Source: Pirellulales bacterium
Lineage (GTDB): Bacteria > Planctomycetota > Planctomycetia > Pirellulales > UBA1268
Direction of reading: 5' to 3'
Assembly (NCBI GenBank): GCA_044369655.1
Contig: JBILWX010000002.1
Span: 8,047-72,046, forward strand
DNA length: 64,000 nt
The translations under genes were made by a program, and so were the position numbers. Under the pieces are notes generated by a model, which worked only from the letters and a program-made list of their open reading frames with translations, made no database searches and was not told the DNA's origin. Of the stretch, positions 62,687 to 64,000 are shown piece after piece (position 1 is the first letter of the stretch; every line of letters begins with the position of its first letter).

Positions 62687-64000
62687 TCACGCCGACTCCC
62701 TCACGACGAGAAATCCGTCTTTGTCGACGTCAAAAGCGGTGTCGAGCAGACAGGCCGTCGGCCTATCGGCGACCGTGGGTTCCGGCCTGAAACCCTGCCG
62801 CGGTGGCAGCGCGGCGCCAATCACGAGGGTGCGATTTTCCCCCGTGGCAATGCCCTGATCGACGAGGGATTCCCGCCCCAGGCGATCGCGCATGGCGGCC
62901 TCCGGCCAGACGACCACGCCGTTGACCACGCGGCCCACCGTGTCGGCCTTCAGCGTCACCTCGTGGTCGGCGGTCGCCCGGGCTGGCGGCGAGTTCATCG
63001 CCACGAGGCCCCCGGCCTCCCGGGGCGCGAAGGCCACGACCGGCTCAATGCCGAACACCTCGCGAAACCGGACCGACGCCTCGCGGGCCCGCGGGAGTTC
63101 TGCGACCGTGTCGATCGGCATCACCACCACCTCCAGCGTGCCCTTCAGCCCCGCCAGCGTCGCCCCGCTGTCGGCGGCCTCCTCGTTGGCCACCGCGAGC
63201 ACCTGCTCGACTCGCGCCAGCCAGATCGTGATCCGCTCCCGCAGGATCGTCTCACCGATCAGCCGCGGTGCCAGCCCCGCATCGGCCACGGTGCCGAGGA
63301 TGCCCAGCAGCCGCGCGCCGTGCATCCCGAGCGAATCGAACAGCGGATCACCAGCGGCCAACGAGACGAGCATCCGGTCGCCGCGACGCACGAGGCAACA
63401 GCCATCGAACGCCTCCGCGGCCGCCGCAGCAGCGGCGAACTCCGCCGGCCGCGTGGCCAGCATCCTGTTCCTCACGGCCGTGGCGGTGAGTTCCTGGAGC
63501 GCGAGCCTCGCTTCATGGCTGGGGGTGCCGATGGGCAGGGGGGTGCCGTAGGTGAGCGTGACCGGCCGCCGGAAGACCCGCGGCCATTTCGTGAAATAGC
63601 GGCCCTCGGAAAACGACAGCGGGCTGCCCCACATGCCGTCGATATGGAGCGGTACGATCGGCGCCTCGACCCGCTCCAGGATCCATTCGAGGCCGCGTTT
63701 GAAGCCGAGGATCTGCCCCGTCCGTGAGATGCCCCCTTCGGAAAAGATGCCGATCACGTCGCCGGCGGCGAGGCCCGACTGGATGGTCTTGAGCGCCAGC
63801 CCCATCGACTTGGGCTTGGGATCGAACAGGATGAACCGCCACTGGTCCGAGAGCATTCGCAGGAATTTTCCCCGGATGTTCGGGGCGTAGACGACCATCC
63901 GGATGGGCCGCAGGCTCGACAGCACGACGATGAACCCGTCGAGCCACGAGAGGTGGTTGGCCACGACGACGGCCGGTCCCGCGGCAGGCAGTCGCTCGGC
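62687..64000 (-). CDS. Aas-like protein (partial): PlsC-type acyltransferase plus degenerate AMP-binding remnant
   Basis: NHLSWLD (HxxxxD), IFSEGGISRTG and GMWGSPLSF. C-terminal TVGR and VDKDGFL resemble acyl-ACP synthetase motifs. The frame is open to the window edge. Confidence 0.8.
   Translation of the reverse strand, partial: AERLPAAGPAVVVANHLSWLDGFIVVLSSLRPIRMVVYAPNIRGKFLRMLSDQWRFILFDPKPKSMGLALKTIQSGLAAGDVIGIFSEGGISRTGQILGFKRGLEWILERVEAPIVPLHIDGMWGSPLSFSEGRYFTKWPRVFRRPVTLTYGTPLPIGTPSHEARLALQELTATAVRNRMLATRPAEFAAAAAAAEAFDGCCLVRRGDRMLVSLAAGDPLFDSLGMHGARLLGILGTVADAGLAPRLIGETILRERITIWLARVEQVLAVANEEAADSGATLAGLKGTLEVVVMPIDTVAELPRAREASVRFREVFGIEPVVAFAPREAGGLVAMNSPPARATADHEVTLKADTVGRVVNGVVVWPEAAMRDRLGRESLVDQGIATGENRTLVIGAALPPRQGFRPEPTVADRPTACLLDTAFDVDKDGFLVVRESA

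Overview
High-GC, densely coding, mostly core-genome window. Gene content suggests a Planctomycetota bacterium, probably Pirellulales-like (inference from McsA/McsB, YhaM, a Tat-exported DUF3500-like protein, a DUF1573-like plus multiheme cytochrome pair and planctomycete-type small proteins). Housekeeping genes: coaD, mcsAB, trpE/trpBA, mutM, thiO-like oxidase, metH, xerD, serCA, gcvT-gcvH-lipoate ligase, rnr/yhaM, proS, nusA-infB-rbfA, rpmF-fabD-fabG-acpP-fabF, ruvCAB and tRNA-Arg(ACG). rpmF is absent from the supplied ORF track. I found no transposase, prophage or CRISPR array. The main leads are: (1) a fab cluster lacking plsX/fabH, extended by a small secretin-like exported protein and a second ketosynthase whose Cys-His-His triad reads Glu-His-Asn; (2) an ExbB-ExbD-ExbD motor with no adjacent TonB, preceded by two large exported helical-repeat proteins and an ECF sigma/vWA anti-sigma pair; (3) a ~220-nt rod-shaped, 6S-like RNA candidate after coaD; (4) an EndoIII-like protein with a histone-H1-like tail coupled to rbfA; (5) a 62-aa VPEID-CTERM protein with almost no passenger; (6) a REP-like repeat family, a 131-bp inverted-repeat element and several in-frame 18-bp tandem expansions. 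All family assignments come from motif recognition by eye, not database searches, and many start codons are my best choice rather than the ORF-track start.
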